Assembly (NCBI GenBank): GCA_043228905.1
Contig: JBHGNT010000001.1
Span: forward strand, 25,792,001 to 25,856,000
Length of the DNA: 64,000 nucleotides
DNA from: Azolla caroliniana
Taxonomy: Eukaryota > Plantae > Polypodiophyta
Reading direction: 5' to 3'
Shown in pieces: positions 1 through 10,972 of this stretch. A model generated the notes under the pieces. It was not told where the DNA came from. It made no database searches and was given only the letters and a program-made list of their open reading frames with translations. How positions within the stretch are numbered: position 1 is the stretch's first letter; the number at the start of each line of letters is the position of its first letter. The translations under genes were made by a program, and so were the position numbers.

Positions 1-29
1 CTGAGCAGACTTACGCTTCCGTAGTCGCA

Positions 30-353
30 ATGCCTCCACAAGTTTCTAGACCCATTACAAGGGATGGCCCAACTCCGATGGAAATAGAGTCAACACAATG
101 TCGTGCGCCGTTATCAGATGCTGAGAAGCAACGACGTCGAGCGCATCGCCTCTGCCTGTATTGTGGCGGTCCAGGACATATAGCTGTAAATTGTCCACAT
201 AAACCTAGGCGTCAAGTATACCAAGTAAGTGCCCATGAAAACCCTACATCGAGTTCTATTGTTACTTCTAATAACATAAATAAGCCTCATAGTCCATGTC
301 ATGAGAATAGATTTGATGTCTTGAGTCAATTAGAGGATGTGTTAAACGAGTAA
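30..353 (+). CDS. gag: Element A Gag C-terminus (partial) with zinc knuckle
   Basis: ORF 30..353: PMEIES..EKQRRR..CX2CX4HX4C; true start lies upstream of the window. Confidence 0.85.
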   Translation: MPPQVSRPITRDGPTPMEIESTQCRAPLSDAEKQRRRAHRLCLYCGGPGHIAVNCPHKPRRQVYQVSAHENPTSSSIVTSNNINKPHSPCHENRFDVLSQLEDVLNE

Positions 354-392
354 GTCCGGCCAAAATAGGAGCCATTTGGCTGGACCATCCTA
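341..392 (+). promoter_or_regulatory. Predicted -1 ribosomal frameshift signal (G TTA AAC plus pseudoknot) at gag/pol junction
   Basis: Heptamer 341-347 is in phase with gag; the -1 frame is open into the protease ORF; stem 354-364/375-385; loop TAGGA 366-370 pairs with TCCTA 388-392. Confidence 0.7.
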
Positions 393-3300
393 GCTATGTA
401 GAGTTAGTTCCTAGTCGTGGTTCCATTTCATCAAATCAAGTGAGTCGAGTTTTTTCAGCACAAGTTGAGCTTACCACATCTACATGTCATCGAGTCCTAG
501 CCTCTGCCCTTCTAGATTCTGGAGCCAACTCTTGTTTCATGGATCGTGAATTTTCCTTGTCACAAAACATCCTCTTGAATAAGCTTCCCAACCCAGTAGC
601 CGTAGGAGTCATTGATGGACGTCCCATAGCATCAGGAGATATAGTCGAGGAGTCCGAGCCAATTAGGATAGTTCTTGGCAATTTGGCAAGCATAATCTCT
701 TTCAATATTATTCGTAGTCCGGACCACCCAATAGTTCTAGGTCTCCCCTGGTTTGAACTCCATAACCCGAAGATTGATTGGATGAAAAAAACAATTGAGG
801 AGACCCGGGAAAAAAGCACAAATCTTGCATCCCTCTCTCCTACATGTGCTAATAGATCCCCGGAGTTATCGCCCATCTCTTTACAACAGTTGCGGGAGGA
901 AGGGGGGAGTGAGGCCATGTTCGTCTTCGCAATAATAGCAACTCCATCATCCACTTCACGTGAAGCGGATATTAAACTACCAGAGAAATACAAGGAGTTT
1001 TCAGATGTCTTTGATAAGGTGAAGGCCAATACATTGCCGGAGCATCGGCCATACGACTGCCCTATTGACTTACAACCAGGGAAAGAACCTCCATGGGGCC
1101 CAATTTATAATCTCTCCCATGTAGAGCTAGAGACTTTGCGGGAATATATTGATGAGAATCTGGCAAACGGATTCATTCGGCATTCTAGATCCCCTGCTGG
1201 TGCACCTATCTTCTTCGTTAAGAAGAAGAATGGGACTCTTCGGTTGGTCATGGATTATCGAGGGCTAAACAAAGTGACTATCTGAAATAGATATGCTCTA
1301 CCATTAATCCCGAATCTTTTGGAACGTCTCAGTGGTGCAAAATATTTCACGAAGTTGGACCTTCGCGGAGCATATAATCTAGTTTGGATTTGCCCGGGGG
1401 ATGAATGGAAGACAACTTTCCGCACTCACTATGGACATTTTGAGTATACAGTGATGCCATTTGGTCTCACGAATGCACTTGCTGTTTTCCAACATATGGC
1501 GAACGATATTTTTCGAGATTTTCTTGATATCTTCACTATAGTTTACCTAGATGATATTTTAATCTACTCAAAGACCCAAGAGGAGCATGATGAACATGTT
1601 CGTCAAGTATTGCGCCGACTCCGAGAATATGGTCTCTACGCAAAATTAGAAAAGTGTAGTTTCGGCCAGAATCAAGTGGAATTTTTGGGGTATGTTGTAT
1701 CGTCAAATGGTATTGCTATGAACCCCATGAAGGTACAAGCAATTTTAGAGTGGCAAACGCCCCTTTCAGTGCGTGATGTGCAATGTTTTCTCGGGTTTGC
1801 AAATTTTTATCGAAAATTTATTAAAGATTATTCCAAGGTTGTGCTTCCGCTTACTCAGCTCACACATAAAGATCAACCATTTATATGGAGTTTAGATGCA
1901 GCCGAGGCATTCGAAAGCTTAAAACGAGCATTTACAACGGCACCTATCTTAGCACATGTCGACCCAACAAAACGCTTCATCCTCAAAGTCGATGCATCCG
2001 ATTTTGCACTAGGGAGTGTCCTCTCGCAGACTGGAGATGATGGACAACTACACCCTGTCGCCTTTCATTCATGAAAGTTTGAAGCTGCAGAGACCAACTA
2101 CGAGATCCATGACAAAGAGCTTCTTGCAATCGTGGATTCGTTTCAACAATGGCGACATTTCCTAGAAGGTTCTTCTAAGCAGATCATTGTCTACAATGAT
2201 CATAAGAACCTGACTTATTTCCAAAATGCTCGAGTCTTGAGTCGGCGACAAGCCCGGTGGGCGCAATTTTTGACTCACTTCGACTTTATCATCATATATC
2301 GCCCTGGGATGCAGCAAGGCAAAGCATATGCTCTTTCTCGACGCTCTTATATGGAACTTCGTCCAGGGGAACCTGCATTTGAGCATCAAAAACAAATCCT
2401 TTTGGGTCCTAATCGATTACGATTAATGGTAGTTAACGCCATAACAACTCTTGAAAATTCCACTCTTCTTGATTCCATTCGAGATCATATGTCCACTGAT
2501 GATTTCGCCAAGGATGTTTTGGATCATATCGTCCCTGATCGTGCTTCTTGCTCACAGTCAAAAATCCTCGTAATGACTATTGTCAGTTCTATTGGCATGA
2601 TGGTTTTGTATTTCGACAAAATTTATTGTATGTTCCTGATGGTCCCCCACGGCTACAAGTTTTGCAACATTGTCATGACTCACCAATGGCTGGTCATTTT
2701 GGAGTTCACAAGACTCTAGAATTAATTTCTCGACGCTATTGGTGGCCTCACCTTCGTCATTTTGTTGAGGAGTATGTTCGGAGTTGTGATATATGTTGTC
2801 GATCAAAGAATCCTCGTCACCGACCCTATGGCTTACTACAACCACTTCCCATTCCGGAAACACCTTGGAAGTCTATATCCTTGGACTTCATTACTGATCT
2901 CCCAGTTTCAAAAGGTTTTGATGCAATTCTCACAGTGGTTGATCGATTTACCAAAATGGCACATTTCTTGCCATGTACAAAGTCGATTACTAGTCAAGAG
3001 ACGACTGATCTCGTAATGCGGGAGGTATTTAAGCATCATGGTCTGCCGGATGATATTATTAGTGATCGTGGTCCACAATTCATCTCAAAGTTTTGGAAGC
3101 ACCTGTTCAAACTTCTCCACATTTGAGTTAAGCTTTCTTCGGGCTATCATCCTGAAACAAATGGCCAAACAGAGCGTACCAACTAGACATTGGAACAATA
3201 TCTTCGTTGTTTCATCAACTATCAACAAGATGATTGGGTTTCTTTTTTGCACTTGGCGGAATTCGCTTACAACAACTCAGCCCATTCTTCTACAGGATAT

Positions 3301-3996
3301 TCCCCATTTTTCGCAAATACGGGCTGTCATCCTCGGTGGACGATGAATGCGCATCCAGAAGTTCCTACCAACCCTGCTGTCGAGGATCGTCTTAGTCGCC
3401 TCCAAGAAATTCAAGCTAACATTCTCCACAATTTGCACGATGCTCAATTTACACACAAGAGGATTGTCGATCATCATCGTCTAGACTCCTCAAAAAAGTT
3501 CCGCATTGGGGATCATGTATGGCTTCTCCAACACAACATCAAGACCACTCGACCTTGCAGTAAATTGGAGTACCAACGTTTTGGCCCTTACATGATCACT
3601 GGTAAGATAAGTGATGTTGGATTTCGTCTTGACCTCCCTCCGCACATGCATCTTCATCCGGTGTTTCATGTATCCCTTTTGGAACCTTATACTACAAGTT
3701 CAATTCCAGGCCGTCTTACGACACCCCCACCACCTGTCGAGTTCTTGGACGGGCCTGAATTTGAAGTTGCTGCCGTTCTCGATTCTAAAATCGTGCGCAA
3801 CAAGCTGTATTACTTAGTCGATTGGCTAGGCTATACCCCCAATGATCGAACTTGGGAACCTGCCACAAATCTTTCCAATGCTGCAGAACTCGTCAATGCA
3901 TTTCATCGCCAATATCCTTGTAAACCAGGTCCTAATACAAACCCTACGACTCGTGAGACGTGTCGGTGTCGTCGAAGAAGGGGGATAGTGTCATGA
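341..3996 (+). pseudogene. pol: Element A pol (PR-RT-RH-IN-chromodomain), disrupted
   Basis: ORFs 440-1285, 1319-2074, 2132-2719, 2548-3126 and 3190-3996 are consecutive pol pieces separated by stops and one frameshift. Confidence 0.92.
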
Positions 3997-4459
3997 TAAA
4001 AGTCACATCATGCATCGAAAGGATCATGACACTCATATTATGACTCGAAAGGATTTGAACCCACGACCTTATTGTACACATGTCAAATCCTTAACCATTG
4101 TATTAATATTCTTATATGTATAGTCGCTAGAATATGAAATCTAATATCATAGGAATATTCTATATTACTCTACATTCTAGAATGACCTAGAATATTCTAG
4201 AGTGTTCTATACCACTAGAACCTTCTAGAATACTCTAGAGATCTTCTAGATTACTCTACATTCTAGGATAACCTAGAATATTCTAGAGTGTTCTCTATTA
4301 CTTATAAATAGGGATCTACCACCCATCCCAAACCTAAATTGGTTCAACGCCATTTTGTAGCCTACTCTTTGTAATCCATTTTACGCTTCAATATAATAAT
4401 TCTCTTTCAATTATCTCTCTATCTCTTTTTCTCTCTCTTTCTCTCTCTCAGTCTTGACA
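3989..4459 (+). repeat. 3' LTR of element A (471 bp)
   Basis: Follows PPT; termini TGTCA/TGACA; TATAAATA 4303-4310; CT-rich U5; right end abuts an interrupted Copia protease region. Confidence 0.88.
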
Positions 4460-6267
4460 AGATCAAGGGCCTTGAAAGCTCAGGAACGTGTCGGACGTTG
4501 TGTAGTACGAGTGTAGAGCCACCCAGAAGGTTGAGCTCTACGTTGTCGATTCTAATTATGGCACAGTGTTGTGAGTTCCCGACTCGAACTGAGTCGGAGT
4601 GCCGGTCCGAGTATTTCTGAAATTGAGATCGGTGAGGTGTCACATGATATGATGCGTCCGAGTCCAGGAGCCATGTGCTCGATTCCTCAGTCGTAAGCAA
4701 AACTTTTGATTCGACTGGGTTCTCTATGGACAGTATGTTCGGGCCGGTCGTCAAAATTTCAGTTGAAGAGCCGACGTAGTTGACCTCCTCATGCCGACTA
4801 CTCTTCTGATCCGCTCTCTGAGCTTTGTCGGTTTTTGCTTTGAGTGCCCAGTAGTCGGCTTTGATGTGTCCCGGTTTCTTGCACTAGTTGCAAATTCGGT
4901 CGTCCTTGGACTTGCTCCAGCTTCACTGATTGTTCGGCGGTCGGGAAGAACTTCTTCTCCGGTTACTTGATCGGTCGATTGAACCTTGTACTACGTAAGC
5001 TTCATCTGCCGAGTCTTTGGCAAAAGACTTTCTCCGAGTTGCTTCAGTCAGGATTGCGCTCGTGATTTCGGAGTACTTAATGGCAGTTGTTGAAACATTG
5101 CACACGGTTGTGACGAAAGTTTCCCAAGAAGAGGGGAGACTACTCATGAGTATCATTGCTCTGAGTTCATCCTCTATTGTCATGCCCTGACACGATATTT
5201 GGGAGCTTAGGCTTTCGTACTCGTTGAGGTGTGCCTGAACCGAATCGGATTCTTTCATCCACAAGTTGTAGAGGCGTCGGATTAGATACATCTTTTTTGT
5301 GGCGACCTTGTTTTCATAAGTTTCCGACTGTGTTTTCCAAAGTTCAAAAGTTGTCGAGCGATTGCACTGTGAAGTACACTGTCTTGGACAAGTGCATCCG
5401 AATCATGGCACAAACGATTCTGTCCAGCTTTCGCCACTCGTTTGCCTTGTATGCTTCTGGAGGATTTTCATTCTCAATCGGGTCTACCTAACCTTTGACT
5501 CTGAGATAGTCCTGCATTTGTTCCTTCCAAAAGTTGAAGTTCAAACCGTCGAACCTCCTTAGACTCATCTCCGATGAGCCGAATGTTGATGCCATCTGAT
5601 TCAATTTCGGTTGGTAAGACTCTGTTCGGAGTTGACTGGGAACCTTAGTTGGGCGCAGCCGGTCGGCTCACCCGATATCGTTCTAGTCGGTCTTGAACCT
5701 GAGTCAGTTTGGTTTCGGATACTTGTTTGTTGAACCTTCTTGGAGTGACTCCGGTTAGCTTCCGATTGTATGCCGAATACCGATCACAAGAAATCGATTG
5801 TTTAGGCCGATTCTGCTTCGGATGACTACAATGATGAGAGGGACGGATCCAACTAATCCTCCCGAATGTCGATCGGCCGAATGAAGCACGAATTTGGTTG
5901 TTGCCTGGAGACCAATCTGCAGCGGGTGGTTACAATAAGCAGGTGAATAGCGTCTGGTGACCTATTCGGATGTTGTTTAACCAAATGAAGCACGATTGGG
6001 TCGGGTGTTGCACAAGGAGGTCACCTCAAGTGGTTACAATCACAGGAACATAGTACAATCGACTAGCTTCCTCCAATTAGTGATTTAACACAGTGAGATG
6101 CAAACTTCTTGTTTGTTTTCTCTCTTCTCTGTTCTTCAAGAAAAACAGAAACATAGTGTTGTGTTCTGTACTATGACGGTCGGTAGCTGGTTGAAGAACC
6201 TCCAACGCTCTGATACCAAATGTTAGGGACAAGGTCGTCAGTGCGGAAGAACAAACAACATCTGTGA
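4460..6267 (-). mobile_element. Ty1/Copia 5' part (LTR stub, tRNA-iMet PBS, gag, protease), interrupted by element A
   Basis: PBS reverse complement GCTCTGATACCA 6207-6218; LTR end at 6221; gag ORF 4923-5291 (LMSSLPSSWETFVTTV); protease ORF 4419-4754 (WLLDSDASYH..LHNVRHVPEL). Confidence 0.88.
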
Positions 6268-6517
6268 TGTTGAAGGACCTGTGTATGAGAATGAACAAGA
6301 TACAGAGAGAGAGAGAGAGATAGGCACAAAGAAACGTTTTATTTCTTAATAGCAACAATTACAAATGACAACCAACCTTTTACTAAAGGTTACAAAGTCA
6401 CTTTATATGGTGACTATCCTAGGGCAACTACCCTTTATGTTATTTATAGAAATAGCCCAAACTTGGGATGTCCAAAGGGTCACTGTGAATACGGCCATTA
6501 TACACTCGTATTCAACA
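6268..6517 (-). repeat. Solo-type LTR (250 bp) without matching TSD
   Basis: 7-bp terminal inverted repeat TGTTGAA/TTCAACA; minus-strand TATA near 6440-6448; (GA)n tract; flanks TGTGA and GAAAG differ. Confidence 0.55.
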
Positions 6518-7515
6518 GAAAGAACTAACAAAGGGGGAGACTAGGAAAAAGGAAGTCGAGCCAACCGAAGGAGTTGGCACATCCAAAAAGGTTGGAACAA
6601 GCAGCAACGGTGACAGAGTCAAGAAGGACAGAGCCGACCGAAAGAAAATGGCCAAGACCTGGACGTGGTCCAGTGTGGTGAAGGGCCTCAAACCGGAAGA
6701 CGATTTGGAGAACACCGACTCAGATAAGAGCTGGAACGAATCGAAGGAAACCGATTCGGTTCAAGATTCAGAGAAGCCGGATCAACTAAATGCCAAGCGG
6801 ACACGGACGTAGCGGAAGTCGACGCCAACATGAAGGAACCGACGGGTCGACAAGCGCCGGAGTCGCAACAACGAGGGAGCTGAAATGGGCCTGTTGAGCA
6901 GACAAGCCGACCGAGGAGGTCGAGATGCGCAGAACCAGAAGGGTCACGGCAAACAAGACCGGACCGGACGAGGAATGCGAGCAAGGCGGAGCAATGCCAG
7001 AAGGAGCCAAGTAGAAGAACCGGCTGCCGCGGACACTAACACCACGATCCGACCTTAAGTTGAGCTTGAGGGGGAGTGTTGAGCGAGCAAGGTCAACCGG
7101 ATTCGGATCAGTTGAATAAGCCTGAGCTGGATCGGCATCTGGAAGGATGAGTCGGGTCGGTATCCGGATGGTATCTGGAAACAACCGGCCGGATCGGGGA
7201 ACCGGATTTGAGCGGGAAACGAAAGCCTAGTAGTAGCCTAGACTACTAGGTAATCATTGTCTCGCAGTCAGTGTCAGTCGCACGTGTGAGCATTGAAGTA
7301 CCTGTCAGTACTTCTGTCAGTCCTTTATGGACTTGTATAAATAGTGTTGTTTAGCACGTTCTATGTACAAAGTTTAAGAGTTAATTTTTTAATATAGTTT
7401 TATGTTCTGCTCTCTCTGTCTCCTCTGTGTTTGAAGCTTTTCCATTAAACCTTCATCTCAATTTCTGTTGCTATCCGGCTGAGTCGGTTCTGTCTGACGC
7501 TTCTGCACATTAACA
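6518..7515 (+). mobile_element. 3' end of a Copia element (3' UTR, PPT, LTR 7077-7515)
   Basis: AAGTTGAGCTTGAGGGGGAG|TGTTGAG at 7057-7083 is nearly identical to B's PPT/LTR junction (37671-37697); TATAAATA near 7336; ends TAACA at 7515. Confidence 0.65.
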
Positions 7516-7994
7516 TTCACAAACCCTAAAACTGAAATAGGAAGAAGAAGAACCCTAGAACTAAGTGGTATACCTCTCACACTCAAAATAGCCAACCCAA
7601 AGAAACCCAAAAGTGGAAGCCCCTCAAAAGTGGCCCCTCACTCCCTTTTATAGTAGTAAGGGTGAGGCACATTACAAAAAGGAGTAGTCAAATCCCCTTT
7701 CTTTCAAAGGAGAGTATTTGACCTCGATCTTAGGAGGTGAGATTGATGGGTCTTAACTCCATGTCCTCTCACAGACATACTCAATGCCCACTACTCCCTA
7801 CACCCATACTTCATGTGCCTCACTCTAATCTACAAAGTGCACATCACCTTTATACCTTTACATCTTACTTTCCCTCCTTACATTTGTCTATTATTCCTAT
7901 GTTACAATTTTCCTAAGTTCACGTACAATGTTGCACATCTTGTTTTATTCCTCCTGCTCGAGTTTTCTCACCATGGCCGAAAATCCTCACGACA
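7516..7994 (-). repeat. Truncated LTR related to element E
   Basis: Minus strand from 7994 reads TGTCGTGAGGATTTTCGGCCATGGTGAGAAAA versus E LTR TGTCGTGAAGATTTTCGGCAATAGTGTGAAAA; minus-strand TATAAAAAGG near 7643-7652. Confidence 0.6.
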
Positions 7995-8796
7995 GCGTTG
8001 TGATGAACCAGATTTTTCGACAGAGCGACAACGCCATGACTATCACTGTAGACAACTGGAGCCGAGTCGGATTTGACTTGTCGAAACATGCAAGCCAACC
8101 GACCGAGCCATAGGGGCCTCTTTCGCTGCATCAGACGCAACTACATATTCGGCCTCGGTCGTTGATGTGGAAGTGCACTCCTAAAGTTTCGAGTCGGGTT
8201 TGACCTGTCGAAACATGCAAGCCAACCGGCCGAGCCATAGGGGCCTCTTTCGCTGCATCATACGCAAATACATATTCGGCCTCGGTCATTGATGTGGCAG
8301 TGCACTCCTAAAGTTTCGATTTCCACGAGATTGCTCCATTGCCGAACTTAAAGCAGTATCCGGTTGTCGATTTTCGATTGTCCACATAGTCGGACTGAAT
8401 CGAATGCCAAGGTCTTTTATATCTGAACACATGCTTTACTGTGTTCTAGTGCAATCGGCTAGGGTTGTGCATGAATCTATTGACGGATCCTACGGTGTGA
8501 GCAATGTCAGGCCATATCGCGACCATCGCGTACATCAGGGGGTTGATTGTCGATGCATATGAGTAACGGTACTGACTTCATAAATTTCCCCTCCAAACCA
8601 GATATTGAGCAGTCTCAGTGAGACAGCCGAACGCTAATGGGGAACGGGGTCGAAGCTGATTTTGTTGATTTCACTGATTTCATGTTGAAGAGTTCGAGGA
8701 CACATTTAATATAGCCGGATTAGGATACAAACAATTGACTTCGATTTCGATTCCGACTAATATTCATGCCGAGAATGTGCCTTGCAAGACCGAGGG
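7995..8796 (-). pseudogene. pol: Copia RT/RNase H fragment
   Basis: Minus strand translates to ARHILGMN.., RKSTTGYCFKFGNGAISWKS, TEAEY and VVYSDSHGVVALSKNLVHH. Confidence 0.8.
8064..8317. repeat. Tandem duplication, 2 x 127 bp
   Basis: 8064-8190 and 8191-8317 are near-identical (GAGTCGG...CTAAAGTTTC). Confidence 0.92.
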
Positions 8797-10231
8797 TTGA
8801 AGCATGGGAGAATCTAAGGAAGATATTCGCCGCCAATACAACGGCACGAAAGCTTCAACTACGCCAAGAGTTAAACAACATCCAACAACGAGATATGTCC
8901 ATCAGAAGCTACACCTTGAAGATCAAGGAGCTTTGTGATGCACTCGGCTCGTTAAGCGTCAATGTGGAGGATGAAGAAATGGTGCAAATATGCCTCGGCG
9001 GCCTTGCACCACGGTTTGGCGTGATGCGGACCGTTGTACTAGCACGAGAGAATCTGCCCTCCTTCTTCGATCTTCAATCCATGTTGTTGGTCGAAGAAAA
9101 TCATGTTCGAACAAGGAGCAACGCCTCGGAAGGCCACATGCTCTACACACATTCGGACGGAGGAAGAGGATGCAGTCGTGCAAGAAGAGGCTGATTCGGT
9201 CAAGGACGAGGCGGGTGAGGCCCGACTTACGTAAACAACTCGCAATTTCGGCATCAAGACGGAAGCCATCGAGTAACCTTCAGAAGAAGGGGGAGTTGCC
9301 ATTTCGGTCTGAGCCAACAAACCTCGATCGAATGTGGTTATTGCGGAAAAATTGGACACCATGAAGAAGAGTGCTGAAAGAAGAAGCACAAGTCGGCTTC
9401 CACAAGCCGACAACTCACCATTTACGCCACCAACTCTGACTATGAAGATCACGACGGAATGTTTGTAATGAGACATAGAGCAAATTCAATATCAGCCTCT
9501 ACTTCGACTAATGCCTCCAATTCGGAAGATGTATGGTTCGTCGACTCCGATGCTTCGAACCATATGATGTTCCATCAAGAATGGTTCAAAGACCCTCGAG
9601 GATCGACTCGGTTATGTCGAGACCGGAGACGACACCACTCATCTGATTCGGGATGTCAACAATATCCCATTCAGGAAAGAAGGTGAACAAACTTGCATAA
9701 AAAATGTCTTACATGTACCCACCATAATGAAGAATTTGGTCTTGGTCGGCCAAATTGTGGAGCAAGGGATGCAAGTTCGATTCAACCAAGGAGGTTGCTT
9801 CATTGAGAAGGAAGGACGACTAATTGCTCATGGTTGAAGGGAAGGCCGAATGTTTATCCTCAAAGCGAACGAGGTAAAATCGGCCATGTTTGCAAAGGGC
9901 CTCAAATCTGACACTGACATAGAGCTATGGCACAAAAGAATCAGCCATATCAATCTCAACAAACTCAAGGTGATGCAATCGAAAGGAGTCGTCATCGGGC
10001 TCCCGATCTTCAAAGAAAAAGAGATTGAAGGAGTATGTGAAGCATGCCAATTCGGCAAGAAACATCGGCACCCGTTCCCAAAGGAGAGGAACGTGAGCAA
10101 AGGCCTATTGGACGTAGTCAATTCGGATGTGTGGGAACCAGCACAGATGGCTATGTTCGAAGGATGTCAGTACTATGCTACCTTCATCGACGACTTCTCT
10201 AGATACACATGGATCTTTCCCATGAGGATGA

Positions 10232-10855
10232 TGTTAGATATAATCAATGATCAGCCCCAAGTTGTAAATCTATCCCCATATGTGCTCTTAGAGTGCACAT
10301 TTTGTGATAGCGCCCCAAATGAGGAGCGGCTAGTGTGCAACTCGACCATATGGGTCGATAAGGTGTTAGTCTAGGAAACCGTAGATGCGTAGGACACAAT
10401 GTATTTAGGAAAGAGAGAAATAGGTAATAGGATTGGCTAATCAAGTCAACTAGAATATTTTGTGGGCAAGTTACGATGTATGCGTCATTGACTTCAAGAT
10501 AAGTATTATCTAGCACTAGCCTGTACCTAGGGAGTTGGTCATATTAAATGACAAGTCAATTGACAGAAAAGGAATATCTCCATTACTATCAACTGACTTG
10601 CACATTTAATGTTATACTTAGACCAAACATAGAAAGCAATCCACTTTCTTTTCATAGTGGTTGGCTTGATTATCAGTCCCCACTAATTTTGTAGTGAGTT
10701 GGTCCATATCCTATCTAAGCTCTAAGGTGTGAGTGCATGGGAAAATTACCATTGTGAGCTACTCTCATATGTAATAGAAGTTTTGTTTTCATATATCTCA
10801 TCTCTGTAGTTGTAACTCTATATACCTATCTAGTTGATTCTCAATATTTCTAACA
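10232..10855 (+). repeat. 5' LTR of C (624 bp)
   Basis: TGTTAGA...TCTAACA; about 14 substitutions and one 15-bp indel versus the reassembled 3' LTR (by eye). Confidence 0.95.
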
Positions 10856-10925
10856 TGGTATCAGAGCTGAGAGGTTGATCTAGATTAGGTATATACAAGT
10901 AGTTGTTGTCTGACAACACAGAGAA

Positions 10926-10927
<2 letters not shown>

Positions 10928-10967
<40 letters not shown>
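10928..10967. repeat. (GA)n microsatellite in C leader
   Basis: About 20 perfect AG units just before the gag ATG at 10973. Confidence 0.95.
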
Positions 10968-10970
<3 letters not shown>

Positions 10971-10972
10971 CA

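Larger units (their letters stand above)
1..4459 (+). mobile_element. Element A: Ty3/Gypsy chromovirus (Tcn1-like), 5' part outside window, decayed
   Basis: Domain order: Gag CCHC knuckle ([14 protein letters not shown]), protease (LLDSGA), RT (YLDD), RNase H, integrase (HHCC, DDE, GPY), chromodomain (YLVDWLGY..DRTWEP). PPT GAAGAAGGGGGATAG 3974-3988 followed by LTR TGTCA...TGACA. Confidence 0.95.

Noticed and set aside
487-1029. Antisense ORFs over pol regions (also 24229-24756 and others)
   Set aside because: Shadow ORFs of coding strands with no independent features.
6512-7184. Env-like or accessory ORF in the Copia 3' region
   Set aside because: Short, purine-biased and interrupted; no transmembrane or known motif.
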